A DNA stretch of 64,000 bases from Polynucleobacter sp. (GCA_016462905.1 JAEMSI010000002.1:41848-105847), one strand, 5' to 3'. Shown: positions 43,533 through 53,949, numbered from the stretch's first letter. Made by a program: numbers and translations. The notes: a model not told the origin generated them from the sequence alone.

Positions 43533-44652
43533 TATTGAATCGTTTTTGAATCGAGTCGATTACTTGTTGTGGCGTCAGAAGATCTAAGCACTCGCTGCGA
43601 CTATCGGCTTTATCTTCGCAACCTGCTTTACGACAGGGGACGCAATCGCCAGGGCCTTGCAAAATCGTGACATTTTTTACCGTCTGCGAGCGAGCTCTAA
43701 TTTGATAAGGCTCTTTACCAATAAAACCATTCGGCCATGGACCATAGTTGGTGGGTGGGGTTGCCCCGAATAAAGCGATGGTTGGAATTTCGCAAGCGGC
43801 AGCTAAATGTGTTGCTGAGGTATCAACCCCGATATAGAGTTTTGATTTGAGCAGCACGCTAGTTAATTGAGAAAAACTGAGTGAGCCCGCTGCGTTGATA
43901 ACCTGCTGACGAGTCTCCATTTTTAATAATGAAAGAATAGCTTGGTTTAGCTCGATATCTTGTTTTGCTGGAGAGGCGCTCAACAAAATCGTAAAACCCT
44001 GTTTTACAAGCCACTCCATTAATTCTGCCCAGTAGGCCAGTGGCCAACGCTTATAGGCGTTGAGTGGGCCAGGGTGCAAGACAATCAAACTTACCCCCTG
44101 TATTACCTCGTCAATCGATTGAGGAATTTTTTCCGGCACTGGAGGACTAACCCGAATGGGTTGATTAAAAATTTCTTCAGGGTTGGCAAAGAAGGGTTCT
44201 AATAGCCTTAATTTTTCCACAATCACATGTTGAAAAAAATAATCAACGCTAACGGTATAAATACAACATCGTTGCTTCCAAATACTTTTCTTTTGAGCGT
44301 TTTTTGTGTCATCAACAATAACCCCAACCCGTTTTTTGGACGCCAATATACCGTATAGGTAAGAGCGGTCGCTAGGCTGAGTAATTAAAGCGAGGTCATA
44401 GCGCCTAAAGAGCTTTATAAACAACTTTAGATACTCAACCAAACTGGGTCGTTCGGATGTTTCTATCCATGTTTCAATATGAGGATTTCCTTGAATAATG
44501 CTCAGTTTATTTTTATATCCCAAGAAATCAAATTGCGCGTTAGGCCAAAGTTCTTTGGCACGCTCAATTAATGGGGTGGTTATCAAAACGTCACCAATTT
44601 GACGCGTAGCGATGAAAAGGACGCGTTTTGGATTTAATTTATATTCACTCAT
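43519..44652 (-). CDS. GT9 family LPS heptosyltransferase (WaaQ/HepIII-like)
   Basis: RQIGDVLITTP, HPG...KRWP, GVDTSATHLAAA and ALFG..YGPW. Confidence 0.88.
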   Translation of the reverse strand: MSEYKLNPKRVLFIATRQIGDVLITTPLIERAKELWPNAQFDFLGYKNKLSIIQGNPHIETWIETSERPSLVEYLKLFIKLFRRYDLALITQPSDRSYLYGILASKKRVGVIVDDTKNAQKKSIWKQRCCIYTVSVDYFFQHVIVEKLRLLEPFFANPEEIFNQPIRVSPPVPEKIPQSIDEVIQGVSLIVLHPGPLNAYKRWPLAYWAELMEWLVKQGFTILLSASPAKQDIELNQAILSLLKMETRQQVINAAGSLSFSQLTSVLLKSKLYIGVDTSATHLAAACEIPTIALFGATPPTNYGPWPNGFIGKEPYQIRARSQTVKNVTILQGPGDCVPCRKAGCEDKADSRSECLDLLTPQQVIDSIQKRFNINGA

Positions 44653-44658
44653 TATCGG

Positions 44659-45447
44659 TCATTGATTTTTAGCGAGAATTTTTTCTCGCACGCGCCGTGC
44701 ATTTTCCTCGGCCCTAGAGCGATCTTCAATGGAGTGGAAGAGGTGCAATACTTCAGTCGACCATGATCCTGATTTTCGAATCACACCATTCTTTTGTAAA
44801 CGGAAAACAAAATCTGCATCTTCATGACCCCAGCCAATCATGGTTTCATCAAAACCTTGAATTGCCAGCGCATCGGTTTTCCAGCAAGCCATGTTGCAGC
44901 CTTTAATACGACGCCAGACAAATTTTTTATAGTAGCGCCATCCAGCATTTCTTAATTTAATAAAAAGAGGTATGAGTTTATTGATCCCACCTCGACACCT
45001 TTCTACCGGGGCATTTTTTTTAAATTGCCTAAAGTCCCAGTAATTGCTAGTAAGTATTTCATGACTTAATTTTTTATCTAACAAGATGCGGCTTCCGGTA
45101 ACAAGGCAATTTTGTTCTGCTAATAACCGATGTTGTTGAATAAAATCAGGCTGGACAATGCAGTCTCCGTCTAGGAAAATAAGATAATCGCCACCTGCAG
45201 CCTGAATGGCTTGATTCAAGATAATTGTTTTTCGAAAACCTAAATCTTCTTGCCACAAATGAGTTATCTTGACTGGAAAGCTGCGCTCAACTTGATTGAT
45301 TAATCCTTGGGTCGGCGAGCTCGAGCCATCATCAGCAATGACGATCTCAAAATCTAAATCAGTTTGCTGTTGAAGCGATGCCAGGCACTTTGCCAAAGCT
45401 TCAGGCCAATTATAGGTAGCAAGAATTACAGAAATAATAGGCATCAC
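44659..45447 (-). CDS. GT2 family glycosyltransferase (LPS core-associated)
   Basis: ISVILATYN, ADDGS, FLDGD, GCN and GWGHEDAD. Confidence 0.88.
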   Translation of the reverse strand: MMPIISVILATYNWPEALAKCLASLQQQTDLDFEIVIADDGSSSPTQGLINQVERSFPVKITHLWQEDLGFRKTIILNQAIQAAGGDYLIFLDGDCIVQPDFIQQHRLLAEQNCLVTGSRILLDKKLSHEILTSNYWDFRQFKKNAPVERCRGGINKLIPLFIKLRNAGWRYYKKFVWRRIKGCNMACWKTDALAIQGFDETMIGWGHEDADFVFRLQKNGVIRKSGSWSTEVLHLFHSIEDRSRAEENARRVREKILAKNQ

Positions 45448-46202
45448 TTTTTTTCTTTATTGAGCCGCCATAATTTCATATATCGTAAGTATGTTCCTTG
45501 CGCATTCGATTTGGCTAGTAAAAATCCTTGTCGACCATCTAAAAACCCCGCTCTAATAATATAAGTTCTAAAAAATGACCAAGCCCCATGCAATATGGCC
45601 TTAAAGGGGGTTGCAGTTTTGCCTTTTGCATAAGCTTGCTTTGCTGAGTCGGTTGAGTAGCGCTGCATTTTTTCCTCCACTTGCTTTGCATTCATAAAGC
45701 TGTAATGCAGCATCGGATTTTTTAATTTCTTACTTTGGCCTTGAACAATTAAGCGTTCGTGTACCAAGTCATCCGAAAATTGGGCAAAGCCCCTTTTAAA
45801 TAGACGATCTACATAGTCAGGCGTCCAACCAGAATGACGCATAAAGCGCCCTAAAAACCAAGAAAGCCTTGGGATGGCGAAGCATACTTGGGAACCAGGG
45901 TTTGCCAAGACCCATTTAATTTCTTGCCGCAGTTCTGGAGTAAGCCTTTCATCTGCGTCTAGGGAAATAACCCAATCTCCCGTCGCCATCGCTAAAGCCC
46001 GATTTTTTTGGGGCCCAAACCCTGGCCAATCGGGGGGGGAGGCAATTTCAGCAGAATACTGTCTAGCAATTTCTAGGGTGCGGTCGGAGCTCTCGGTATC
46101 CACCACAATAATTTGGCTTGCCAGCCCGTCTAGGGAGGCTAAACAATCGGCTAAATTAGCCTCTTCGTTGCGAGTTATGAGAATGGCTGATAAGGTGGGC
46201 AT
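45444..46202 (-). CDS. GT2 family glycosyltransferase (WaaE/KdtX-like)
   Basis: LSAILITRNE, VDTESSDRT, GFGPQKNRA, SLDADE and VHE; typical msbA neighbour. Confidence 0.88.
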   Translation of the reverse strand: MPTLSAILITRNEEANLADCLASLDGLASQIIVVDTESSDRTLEIARQYSAEIASPPDWPGFGPQKNRALAMATGDWVISLDADERLTPELRQEIKWVLANPGSQVCFAIPRLSWFLGRFMRHSGWTPDYVDRLFKRGFAQFSDDLVHERLIVQGQSKKLKNPMLHYSFMNAKQVEEKMQRYSTDSAKQAYAKGKTATPFKAILHGAWSFFRTYIIRAGFLDGRQGFLLAKSNAQGTYLRYMKLWRLNKEKK

Positions 46203-46212
46203 AATTCATTAT

Positions 46213-47973
46213 ATGAATGCCCAAGACCGTCAATCCCTAAACCGCCTAGTTCGCTATTTACGACCCCATAGTGGCTTGATGATTGGGGCTTTACTTTCCA
46301 TGGTGGTAGTGGCTGGGGCCGAGACTTCGATTCCCGCCTTAATGAAGCCCCTATTAGATAAGGGCTTTACTGGCGAGATGAATGAAAAGCTATGGCTGGT
46401 ACCCGCTTTTCTAGTCGGCCTTGCTTTTGTTCGAAGTATGGCTCAATTTTTATCAAATTATTTATTAAGCAGAGTAATTAATGCAATTTTGCTTAAATTG
46501 CGTGAGCAAATGTTTCATCGACTTTTGCAAACCAGCACTGAATATTTTCAGAAGAACCCAGCATCCAGCTTGATTAATGCGGTTGTTTTTGAGGTTAATA
46601 ATGTATTGACCGTGATGGGCGGAATGTTGATCAGTCTAGTGCGCGATTCATTAACTGTAATCGGTTTAATGGGGTATTTGATTTATTTGAATTGGCGCCT
46701 AACCCTAGTTGTTTTAATTATTTTTCCGATTATTGCGTATGTGATGAGTATCATTAATCGCCGTTTACGGGGCCTTAATCGTGAACAACAAAAATTAACT
46801 AGTGATTTAGCTTATATCGTAGAGGAAGCAGCCGGCGGCCATAAAATCATTAAAGTCCATGGGGGCGAGGATTATGAGATGAAACGCTTTATGGAAAAAG
46901 CAGATCGTCTTCGGCAATTTGCCCTTAAGTCGGCAGTTGCCGGCGGGCTCAATCAGCCGATTACCCAGTTGGTTGCTTCAATGGCTTTGTCGATAGTTTT
47001 AGTCATTGCGATTATGCAATCAGCCAGTCAGGGAGTCACAGTGGGTGGTTTTGCTGCTTTTATTACTGCCATGCTGTTAGTAATTTCGCCATTAAAACAC
47101 CTTGCGGATATTAATCAACCCCTGCAGCGGGGATTAACTGCTGCAGAAATGATTTTCGGTTTGATGGATCAGCCGATTGAGGAAGATGAATTCCAAAAAT
47201 CCGGAATGAAACGAATTGAAAAAGCACAAGGCGCCATTCAATTTGATCACGTGTCATTTTCTTACGATCAAGAGCAGGGTCGCAAAGATGCTCTGATTGA
47301 TATTAATTTTATTATTCAACCCGGAGAGGTCATTGCTCTGGTTGGGCCCTCTGGCGGAGGGAAGTCAACTTTAGTTAATTTGTTGCCGCGTTTTTTCAAA
47401 CCAAAGTCGGGCCAAATTCGCTTAGATGGCATTCCTATAGATGAACTAGCACTCCGCGATTTACGTCGGCAAATCGCTTTTGTTAGCCAAGATGTTATTT
47501 TATTTAACGATACGATTGCCGCAAATGTTGCCTACGGTTCAAGCTTGTCTGATATTAAGCGTGAATACGTTATCAAAGCTCTCGAGGCCGCTAACTTAAG
47601 TTCGCTAATTCAGGATTTGCCAGAAGGTATCGATACCGTGATTGGGGATAATGGAAATCGTCTTTCAGGTGGTCAGAGACAGCGTTTAGCAATTGCTAGA
47701 GCGGTTTATAAAAATGCGCCCATATTGATATTGGATGAAGCTACTTCAGCCTTAGATTCGGAATCAGAGCGTCAGGTACAAGATGCCTTGGAGCGGCTAA
47801 TGATCGGCAGAACTACTTTAGTTATTGCCCATCGCTTATCAACCATTGAACATGCTAACCGTATCGCAGTATTAGATCAGGGCAGAATGGTTGAATTTGG
47901 AAGCCATCAAGATCTAATTACAAAAGACGGTGTTTATGCCAACCTGTATAAGTTACAGTTTGCAAATACTTAG
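46213..47973 (+). CDS. msbA: Lipid A-core flippase MsbA
   Basis: Six-TM ABC transporter domain plus GPSGGGKS, LSGGQRQR and LDEATSALD. ATG at 46213; the ORF-track extension is antisense to the GT2 gene. Confidence 0.95.
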   Translation: MNAQDRQSLNRLVRYLRPHSGLMIGALLSMVVVAGAETSIPALMKPLLDKGFTGEMNEKLWLVPAFLVGLAFVRSMAQFLSNYLLSRVINAILLKLREQMFHRLLQTSTEYFQKNPASSLINAVVFEVNNVLTVMGGMLISLVRDSLTVIGLMGYLIYLNWRLTLVVLIIFPIIAYVMSIINRRLRGLNREQQKLTSDLAYIVEEAAGGHKIIKVHGGEDYEMKRFMEKADRLRQFALKSAVAGGLNQPITQLVASMALSIVLVIAIMQSASQGVTVGGFAAFITAMLLVISPLKHLADINQPLQRGLTAAEMIFGLMDQPIEEDEFQKSGMKRIEKAQGAIQFDHVSFSYDQEQGRKDALIDINFIIQPGEVIALVGPSGGGKSTLVNLLPRFFKPKSGQIRLDGIPIDELALRDLRRQIAFVSQDVILFNDTIAANVAYGSSLSDIKREYVIKALEAANLSSLIQDLPEGIDTVIGDNGNRLSGGQRQRLAIARAVYKNAPILILDEATSALDSESERQVQDALERLMIGRTTLVIAHRLSTIEHANRIAVLDQGRMVEFGSHQDLITKDGVYANLYKLQFANT

Positions 47974-47986
47974 GTTTCATAAATTT

Positions 47987-49462
47987 TTAATTTAAAACAA
48001 TGTCGTACTGTTCTTGCTGAAAACTCGTTTCAGCTTGCAGTCGTATGGGTTTTCCAATAAAGTCACCGAGCATCGTGAGAAATTGATTTTCTTCCTCAAG
48101 AAATAAGTCAATGATGTCAGGCGATGCAACAATACGAAATTCTTTGGGGTTGAACTGACGATGCTCGCGCATGATTTCTCTTAGTATTTCATAGCAAACC
48201 GTTTGCGCTGTTTTAAGTTCGCCTTTGCCAGAACAGATGGGGCAGGGTTGACAAAGAATATGTGCCAAGGATTCGCGGGTGCGTTTTCGCGTCATTTCAA
48301 TTAAGCCTAGACTAGAAAAATCACTCACACCTGTTCTAGCGTGGTCGCGCTGTAAATTTTTTTTCAGTTCGTTTAAAACTGCAACTTGATGATCTATATT
48401 TAACATATCAATAAAATCAATCACAATAATTCCGCCCAGATTGCGTAACCGTAGTTGTCGTGCAATCGAGTGCGCCGCTTCCAGATTCGTTTTAAAGACA
48501 GTGTCATCTAAATTTCTAGCGCCAATAAAGCTGCCCGTATTGACATCAATGGTTGTCATCGATTCGGTTTGATCGATGATTAAATACCCTCCTGACTTTA
48601 GATCAACTCGGCGACCTAAAGCTTTGTTGATTTCAGATTCGATATCAAAGAGATCGAATAGAGCACGTTCACCTCGATAAAGGACCAGCTTATCAAGTAA
48701 GTTTGGCGTATAAGTACGAGAAAATAGTTTTAACTTTTCAAAATTCTCGGACGAATCAATTCGGATTTGCGACGTGGATTCGCTAGTAAGATCACGCAGA
48801 ACCCTTTCAGCTAAACTGAGATCTTGATACACAAGCGCTGGTGCGGGCTTTTCGGTAATCGCCTTTTCAATCGTATGCCAACTAGTTTGCAGGTATTGCA
48901 GGTCATGCTGAATCTCTTCATCTGAAGCATCTTCGGCGCTGGTTCGAACAATCAGCCCCCCTACAAAGGCAGGGCTAATTAAACTGAAGAGTCTATTTTT
49001 TAATTTTTCTCGATCTTCAGGCGCGGTAATTTTTTGAGAGATACCGATGGGAGATTTGCCATCCTCCCCATTTCTTTCTTTGGGTAGGTAGACTAAATTT
49101 CGTCCAGCAATACTAACTTGACCACTGAGACGAGCTCCTTTACTTCCCAAGGGATCCTTAAGAACCTGAACCAAGATAGTTTGCCCTTGGAATAAATGCT
49201 TTTCAATTTGCGTATTGTTTTGGTTACCTGTTTCAGAAATAGCTAGATCGTTAAAGTGAATAAACGCTGCACGTTCTGCACCAATATCAACAAAAGCCGA
49301 TTGCATCCCTGGTAAAACTCGTAAGACTTTTGCTAGGTATATATTTCCCACTATGCCGCGTTGACGGGTTCGTTCAATATGCAGTTCTTGGACTGCATTT
49401 TGCTGAATAAGCGCCACCCGGGTTTCTTGCGGGGTGATATTAATTAAAATTTCTTCACTCAT
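47987..49462 (-). CDS. rng: Ribonuclease G
   Basis: S1 domain (GNIYLAKV), IDVNTGSF, NLGGIIVIDFID and EMTRKR; about 490 aa with no RNase E C-terminal scaffold; follows maf. Confidence 0.96.
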   Translation of the reverse strand: MSEEILINITPQETRVALIQQNAVQELHIERTRQRGIVGNIYLAKVLRVLPGMQSAFVDIGAERAAFIHFNDLAISETGNQNNTQIEKHLFQGQTILVQVLKDPLGSKGARLSGQVSIAGRNLVYLPKERNGEDGKSPIGISQKITAPEDREKLKNRLFSLISPAFVGGLIVRTSAEDASDEEIQHDLQYLQTSWHTIEKAITEKPAPALVYQDLSLAERVLRDLTSESTSQIRIDSSENFEKLKLFSRTYTPNLLDKLVLYRGERALFDLFDIESEINKALGRRVDLKSGGYLIIDQTESMTTIDVNTGSFIGARNLDDTVFKTNLEAAHSIARQLRLRNLGGIIVIDFIDMLNIDHQVAVLNELKKNLQRDHARTGVSDFSSLGLIEMTRKRTRESLAHILCQPCPICSGKGELKTAQTVCYEILREIMREHRQFNPKEFRIVASPDIIDLFLEEENQFLTMLGDFIGKPIRLQAETSFQQEQYDIVLN

Positions 49463-49476
49463 AAAAAAGACAGTTT

Positions 49477-50130
49477 TTATTTATGTGGATTAAGTGTAAA
49501 TTTTACTTCTGCTTGGATTAGTAATTGAGCGGTTTCGTAGAGAGGTAGGCCCATAATGCCACTGTGACTACCTTGAATCTGTTTAATGAAAGTACTTGCT
49601 AGCCCTTGAATTCCATAAGCACCTGCTTTCCCAGCATGCTCGCCTGAATTAATGTATCTTTGTATTTGTTGCTCACTAAGTTTGCTAAATTCGACGGAAG
49701 AAATCTGTAGCGCTGTTACGGGCTGGCTATCTTGATTGATTTGAATGGCTACCGCAGTCATTACGTGATGTGATTTTCCGCTTAGTAAACCCAAAATTCG
49801 TTTTGCATCTGCTTCGTTTTGTGGCTTAGCCAAAATTTCTGCCTTTGAGTCTTTGAGAAGACTAACTGTGGTGTCAGCACAAAGTATAGGAGCCCAAGTC
49901 ATTGTTGGCTGGCTGGTTTTTAGCATTTGCCAGCGTTTTAATGCAGCTGCGCATTTTGCCAGTGTGACTCGCTGAACATAGACTTTAGGGTCTTCGTTTG
50001 TTTGAGGTATTTCGAGCGCTTCAGCGTCTTTTTGTGAAACGGGAAGCAAAAGCTCAAACTGCACACCCATTTGATGAAGTAATTCCTGCCGACGAGGACT
50101 TTGTGAGGCTAAATAAATAAAGGAATACAA
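49477..50130 (-). CDS. maf: Maf family nucleoside triphosphate pyrophosphatase (YhdE-like)
   Basis: LASQSPRR, ADT, LSGKSH, KAGAYGIQG and GLP. Confidence 0.93.
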   Translation of the reverse strand: MYSFIYLASQSPRRQELLHQMGVQFELLLPVSQKDAEALEIPQTNEDPKVYVQRVTLAKCAAALKRWQMLKTSQPTMTWAPILCADTTVSLLKDSKAEILAKPQNEADAKRILGLLSGKSHHVMTAVAIQINQDSQPVTALQISSVEFSKLSEQQIQRYINSGEHAGKAGAYGIQGLASTFIKQIQGSHSGIMGLPLYETAQLLIQAEVKFTLNPHK

Positions 50131-50136
50131 AAAATC

Positions 50137-50580
50137 TTACTCCCGATGGTATGGGTGGCCTTGTAGGATAGTCCAAGCACGGTAAAGTTGCTCAATTAAC
50201 AGGACCCGAGCTAAGGCATGTGGCAGAGTGAGACTAGATAGGCGCCAGATTGCTTTGGCCGTGTCTTTCGCGCTTTGATCTAAGCCATTAGCTCCTCCAA
50301 TTAAAAATGCGACATCATGACCATTTTGTCGCCATATTTTTAACTCATTAGCGATGTTTTGCGTGGATATGTCTTTGCCGTGTTCATCAAGGGCGATTAC
50401 AAAAGATCCGTTTGGAATCGCGGCGATTATTTTGAGGGCTTCTTTAGCGGGATTAGTATCTGGCTTGATTTCTTTTAATTCAATCGCACAGTCAGACGGC
50501 ATCCGCTTTAGGTAGTCGCGAGAAATTAATTCAACCCATTCGGGCATCTTATGGCCAACACAGATAACCCATAATTTCAT
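50137..50580 (-). CDS. rlmH: 23S rRNA (pseudouridine1915-N3)-methyltransferase
   Basis: LDEHG, FLIGGANG and LSSLTLPHALARVLLIEQLYRA...HPYHRE. Confidence 0.97.
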   Translation of the reverse strand: MKLWVICVGHKMPEWVELISRDYLKRMPSDCAIELKEIKPDTNPAKEALKIIAAIPNGSFVIALDEHGKDISTQNIANELKIWRQNGHDVAFLIGGANGLDQSAKDTAKAIWRLSSLTLPHALARVLLIEQLYRAWTILQGHPYHRE

Positions 50581-50584
50581 TGAA

Positions 50585-50977
50585 TTACTCGTCGTCAGCC
50601 ATATCCTCAGAGGCCTTCACTAATTTTTTGTTACTGGCCAACTTTACTCGAACTGGTTTATCGCCCCAAATACCTTCTAGCTGATAGTAAGCTCGTAACA
50701 TGGGTTGTAAAATATGAACCACGATATCGCCACAATCTACCAAAACCCATTCACCCGTTTCTAAGCCCTCGATTGAAATAATTTCACCCCCATGCGCCTG
50801 AACCTCTTCCTTGACTGCTAGCGCAAGAGAACGGGTTTGTCTGTTGCTGCTTCCGGTCACAATGATAATTCGATCAAATAGTTCGCTTAATTTAGCCGTA
50901 TCGTAGACGCGAATATCTTGCGCCTTAACGTCTTCTAGGGCATCAATAATGACGCGTTGCAGTTTGCGCAGATCCAT
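50585..50977 (-). CDS. rsfS: Ribosome silencing factor
   Basis: KAQDI, GSSNRQ, WVLVDCGDIVVH and YQLEGIW. Confidence 0.96.
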   Translation of the reverse strand: MDLRKLQRVIIDALEDVKAQDIRVYDTAKLSELFDRIIIVTGSSNRQTRSLALAVKEEVQAHGGEIISIEGLETGEWVLVDCGDIVVHILQPMLRAYYQLEGIWGDKPVRVKLASNKKLVKASEDMADDE

Positions 50978-50999
50978 ATCAGTCTTTAGTGTAGTGTTT

Positions 51000-51743
51000 T
51001 TATAAATGGGGTTGATAAAGTTTTAATTTTTTAATTAATTCGTATATTAATGGTGGTAATGCATTTTGTAACGATGCATCATTGTTATCGCTTAATTGTT
51101 GGCGAATTTGATTTGAGGCAAGATCGACTGAAAGCTCGTTATCAAGGTAAATCATTCCATAAGAATGAGTTTCTAAATCACCACTAATCGTTGTTTTGTG
51201 AGACTGATAGAAACTTTGAAGCATTGGCTTTGATTGAATCTCTCGCTCGATCGAGTAATTCGGGCGATTGGCAACTGCAATATGGATGTGGCTTAGCAAA
51301 TCACGCCAATCATGCCAAGTGGGTAGGCTCATAAAGCTATCTGCCCCCATTAAAAAAATGAAAGACGCATTGGGGTTGAGGCTGTTACGCAATTCTTTTA
51401 CGGTATCAATCGTTAGGCTAGGTCCAGGACGATCTACTTCAATGCGATTTAAAGTAACTTGACATGGCAAATTCATTTTCTTTAAGGAGTCTCTTAGGGT
51501 CTCGACGGCGGCGTTACTGAGCAAGACCCGATTTTCTGCAGACGTAATATCACTGCTTTTTTGCCATGGATTTCCACTGGGAATCCAAATCAACTCATCT
51601 AATGTAAAAAGCTTACAAAAGTGCTCTGCTAGGCGAATATGACCCCAATGAGGGGGATCAAATGTCCCGCCAAATAAGCCAATCTTGCGAAGTGCGTTAT
51701 GGTTTACGGTGGAATTCAATGCAGATTTAACTAAGCCAATCAC
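51000..51743 (-). CDS. nadD: Nicotinate-nucleotide adenylyltransferase
   Basis: [15 protein letters not shown] and LMGADS; start uncertain (the ORF overlaps the hemF end). Confidence 0.92.
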   Translation of the reverse strand: MIGLVKSALNSTVNHNALRKIGLFGGTFDPPHWGHIRLAEHFCKLFTLDELIWIPSGNPWQKSSDITSAENRVLLSNAAVETLRDSLKKMNLPCQVTLNRIEVDRPGPSLTIDTVKELRNSLNPNASFIFLMGADSFMSLPTWHDWRDLLSHIHIAVANRPNYSIEREIQSKPMLQSFYQSHKTTISGDLETHSYGMIYLDNELSVDLASNQIRQQLSDNNDASLQNALPPLIYELIKKLKLYQPHL

Positions 51744-52659
51744 GCGGCTTTAAATAGTAGTCGTACAGTTTAGCTTCGGGTGTGCCTGCTTGAGGTTGCC
51801 AATTGTATTTCCAGGTAACCACGGGGGGCATTGACATTAGGATTGATTCGGAGCGTCCGCCCGACTGCAGACCAAAGATAGTGCCACGGTCAAATATTAG
51901 GTTGTATTCAACATAGCGCCCGCGACGGTATTCTTGGAAATCCTTTTCTTGCTGACTAAATGGTTCTTGATAGCGTCTTTTTAGAATCGGTAAGTAGGCA
52001 TCGATAAAAGCATCCCCTAAAGAGCGGAGCATGGCAAAACTTTTTTCGTATCCTAGTTCATTAAAATCATCAAAAAATACTCCACCGATTCCACGGGGCT
52101 CATTACGATGTTTCAGATAAAAATATTCATCACACCATTTTTTAAACCGCGGGTATAGATCTTCGCCAAAAGGAAGTAGGGCGTCATGGGCTGTTTGATG
52201 AAAATGGCGGCAATCTTCATCGAAACCATAATAAGGGGTCATGTCAAATCCCCCGCCAAACCACCATACCGGTTCTTGATTGGGTGCTTGCGCAATAAAG
52301 CAACGCACATTCATATGCGTAGTGGGTGCCTTGGGGTTGAAGGGGTGGAAGACCAGCGAGACGCCCATTGCTTCAAAGCTACGACCCGCTAGTTCAGGGC
52401 GATTTTGCGTAGCAGAGGGAGGTAGTTTTTTGCCACTAACGTGAGAAAAACCAACCCCACCTTTTTCTAAAATAGTGCCATTTTCTAAAATGCATGTGCG
52501 TCCAGATCCTTGTAGAGGACTATCGCTGGGTTTTTCCCAGCTATCAATTAGAAATTCTTTGCCATCAAGCGCACTAGTAGCTTGGGTGATGCGATTTTGG
52601 AGATCTAATAGGTAATTACGGACTTCATTAATATCGATCTTGGAAGACGTGGTTACCAT
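51727..52659 (-). CDS. hemF: Oxygen-dependent coproporphyrinogen III oxidase
   Basis: [30 protein letters not shown] and [10 protein letters not shown]. Confidence 0.98.
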   Translation of the reverse strand: MVTTSSKIDINEVRNYLLDLQNRITQATSALDGKEFLIDSWEKPSDSPLQGSGRTCILENGTILEKGGVGFSHVSGKKLPPSATQNRPELAGRSFEAMGVSLVFHPFNPKAPTTHMNVRCFIAQAPNQEPVWWFGGGFDMTPYYGFDEDCRHFHQTAHDALLPFGEDLYPRFKKWCDEYFYLKHRNEPRGIGGVFFDDFNELGYEKSFAMLRSLGDAFIDAYLPILKRRYQEPFSQQEKDFQEYRRGRYVEYNLIFDRGTIFGLQSGGRSESILMSMPPVVTWKYNWQPQAGTPEAKLYDYYLKPRDWLS

Positions 52660-53949
52660 TTATTTGAGCGCTCTATGTCCAATATCGTTACGATATTGCA
52701 TTCCATTAAATTGAATCTGTTGAATTAAATCATAAGCCTTTTGTTGAGCGCCGCGGAGAGTTCCTGATAAACCAATGACGCAAAGGACTCTGCCACCGCT
52801 AGTCACGATTTTTCCGTCGATAAGTTGGGTGCCGGCATGAAAAACCATTTGCTCACCATCATCCGACACTACACTTGACGGAAGCCCATGAATAATATCC
52901 CCCAGTTTTGGGGTATTTGGATAGTTTGCGGAGGCGATTACGACACCCAATGCAATCCGGCGATCCCACTCCAATTCAACCTCATTTAATTTTCCATCAA
53001 CCGCCTGATTTAAAGCAAAGACTAAGTCACTCTTGAGGCGCGCCATAATCGGTTGCGTTTCGGGATCACCCATTCGGCAATTAAATTCTAAGGTTTTTAC
53101 CTGACCACTAGGATGAATCATTAAACCCGCATAAAGAAAACCCGTATAGGGAATACCATCTGTAGCCATTCCTTGTACAGTGGGCATAATAATTTCACGC
53201 AGTACTTTTGCGTGTATTTCGGGGCTGACTACAGGTGCTGGTGAGTAGGCCCCCATACCACCCGTATTGGGTCCTAAGTCACCATCTAGCAAGCGCTTGT
53301 GATCCTGGCTGGTAGCTAGAGCGAGCACGTGTTTGCCGTCAACCAAGACGATAAAACTCGCTTCTTCACCTTCTAAAAATTCTTCAATCACGACTCTAGC
53401 GCCTGCATCCCCTAATTGATTATCAGATAGCATCATTTCTACTGCAGCATGAGCTTCAGTTAGGTTCATTGCCACCACTACACCTTTACCAGCCGCTAAT
53501 CCATCCGCTTTAATAACAATCGGAGCACCTTTTAATTCGATGTACTCATGCGCTTCAAGGGCATTTGAAAATGTGCGATATTCGGCGGTTGGGATTTGGT
53601 GCCGTTTCATGAAAGACTTGGCAAAGTCTTTAGAGGATTCGAGTTGCGCTGCTAATTGGCTGGGTCCAAATATACGCAAGCCTTGATTACGAAAGACGTC
53701 AACGATACCCTGAGCTAAGGGAGCTTCTGGACCAACTACAGTCAGGTGAATTTTTTCTCGCTTAGCGAAATCGGCCAGATCCTGTAAATCACGAAGGGCA
53801 ATATTTTCAATCCCATCGATTTTATTTTTGGCTAATGCTGTGCCACCATTACCAGGCGCAACGTACACTTTCTGTACGCTTGGCGATTGCGCCATTTTCC
53901 AAGCTAATGCATGCTCTCTGCCGCCGGACCCAATTAATAAAATTTTCAT
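52660..53949 (-). CDS. purD: Phosphoribosylamine--glycine ligase
   Basis: GSGGREHA, KADGLAAGKGV, NTGGMG, EFNCRMGDPE and TSGGRV. Confidence 0.99.
   Translation of the reverse strand: MKILLIGSGGREHALAWKMAQSPSVQKVYVAPGNGGTALAKNKIDGIENIALRDLQDLADFAKREKIHLTVVGPEAPLAQGIVDVFRNQGLRIFGPSQLAAQLESSKDFAKSFMKRHQIPTAEYRTFSNALEAHEYIELKGAPIVIKADGLAAGKGVVVAMNLTEAHAAVEMMLSDNQLGDAGARVVIEEFLEGEEASFIVLVDGKHVLALATSQDHKRLLDGDLGPNTGGMGAYSPAPVVSPEIHAKVLREIIMPTVQGMATDGIPYTGFLYAGLMIHPSGQVKTLEFNCRMGDPETQPIMARLKSDLVFALNQAVDGKLNEVELEWDRRIALGVVIASANYPNTPKLGDIIHGLPSSVVSDDGEQMVFHAGTQLIDGKIVTSGGRVLCVIGLSGTLRGAQQKAYDLIQQIQFNGMQYRNDIGHRALK

Noticed and set aside
45874-46212. 113-aa N-terminal extension of the msbA ORF
   Set aside because: It is antisense to the GT2 gene and has no MsbA features; the ATG at 46213 gives a normal-length protein.
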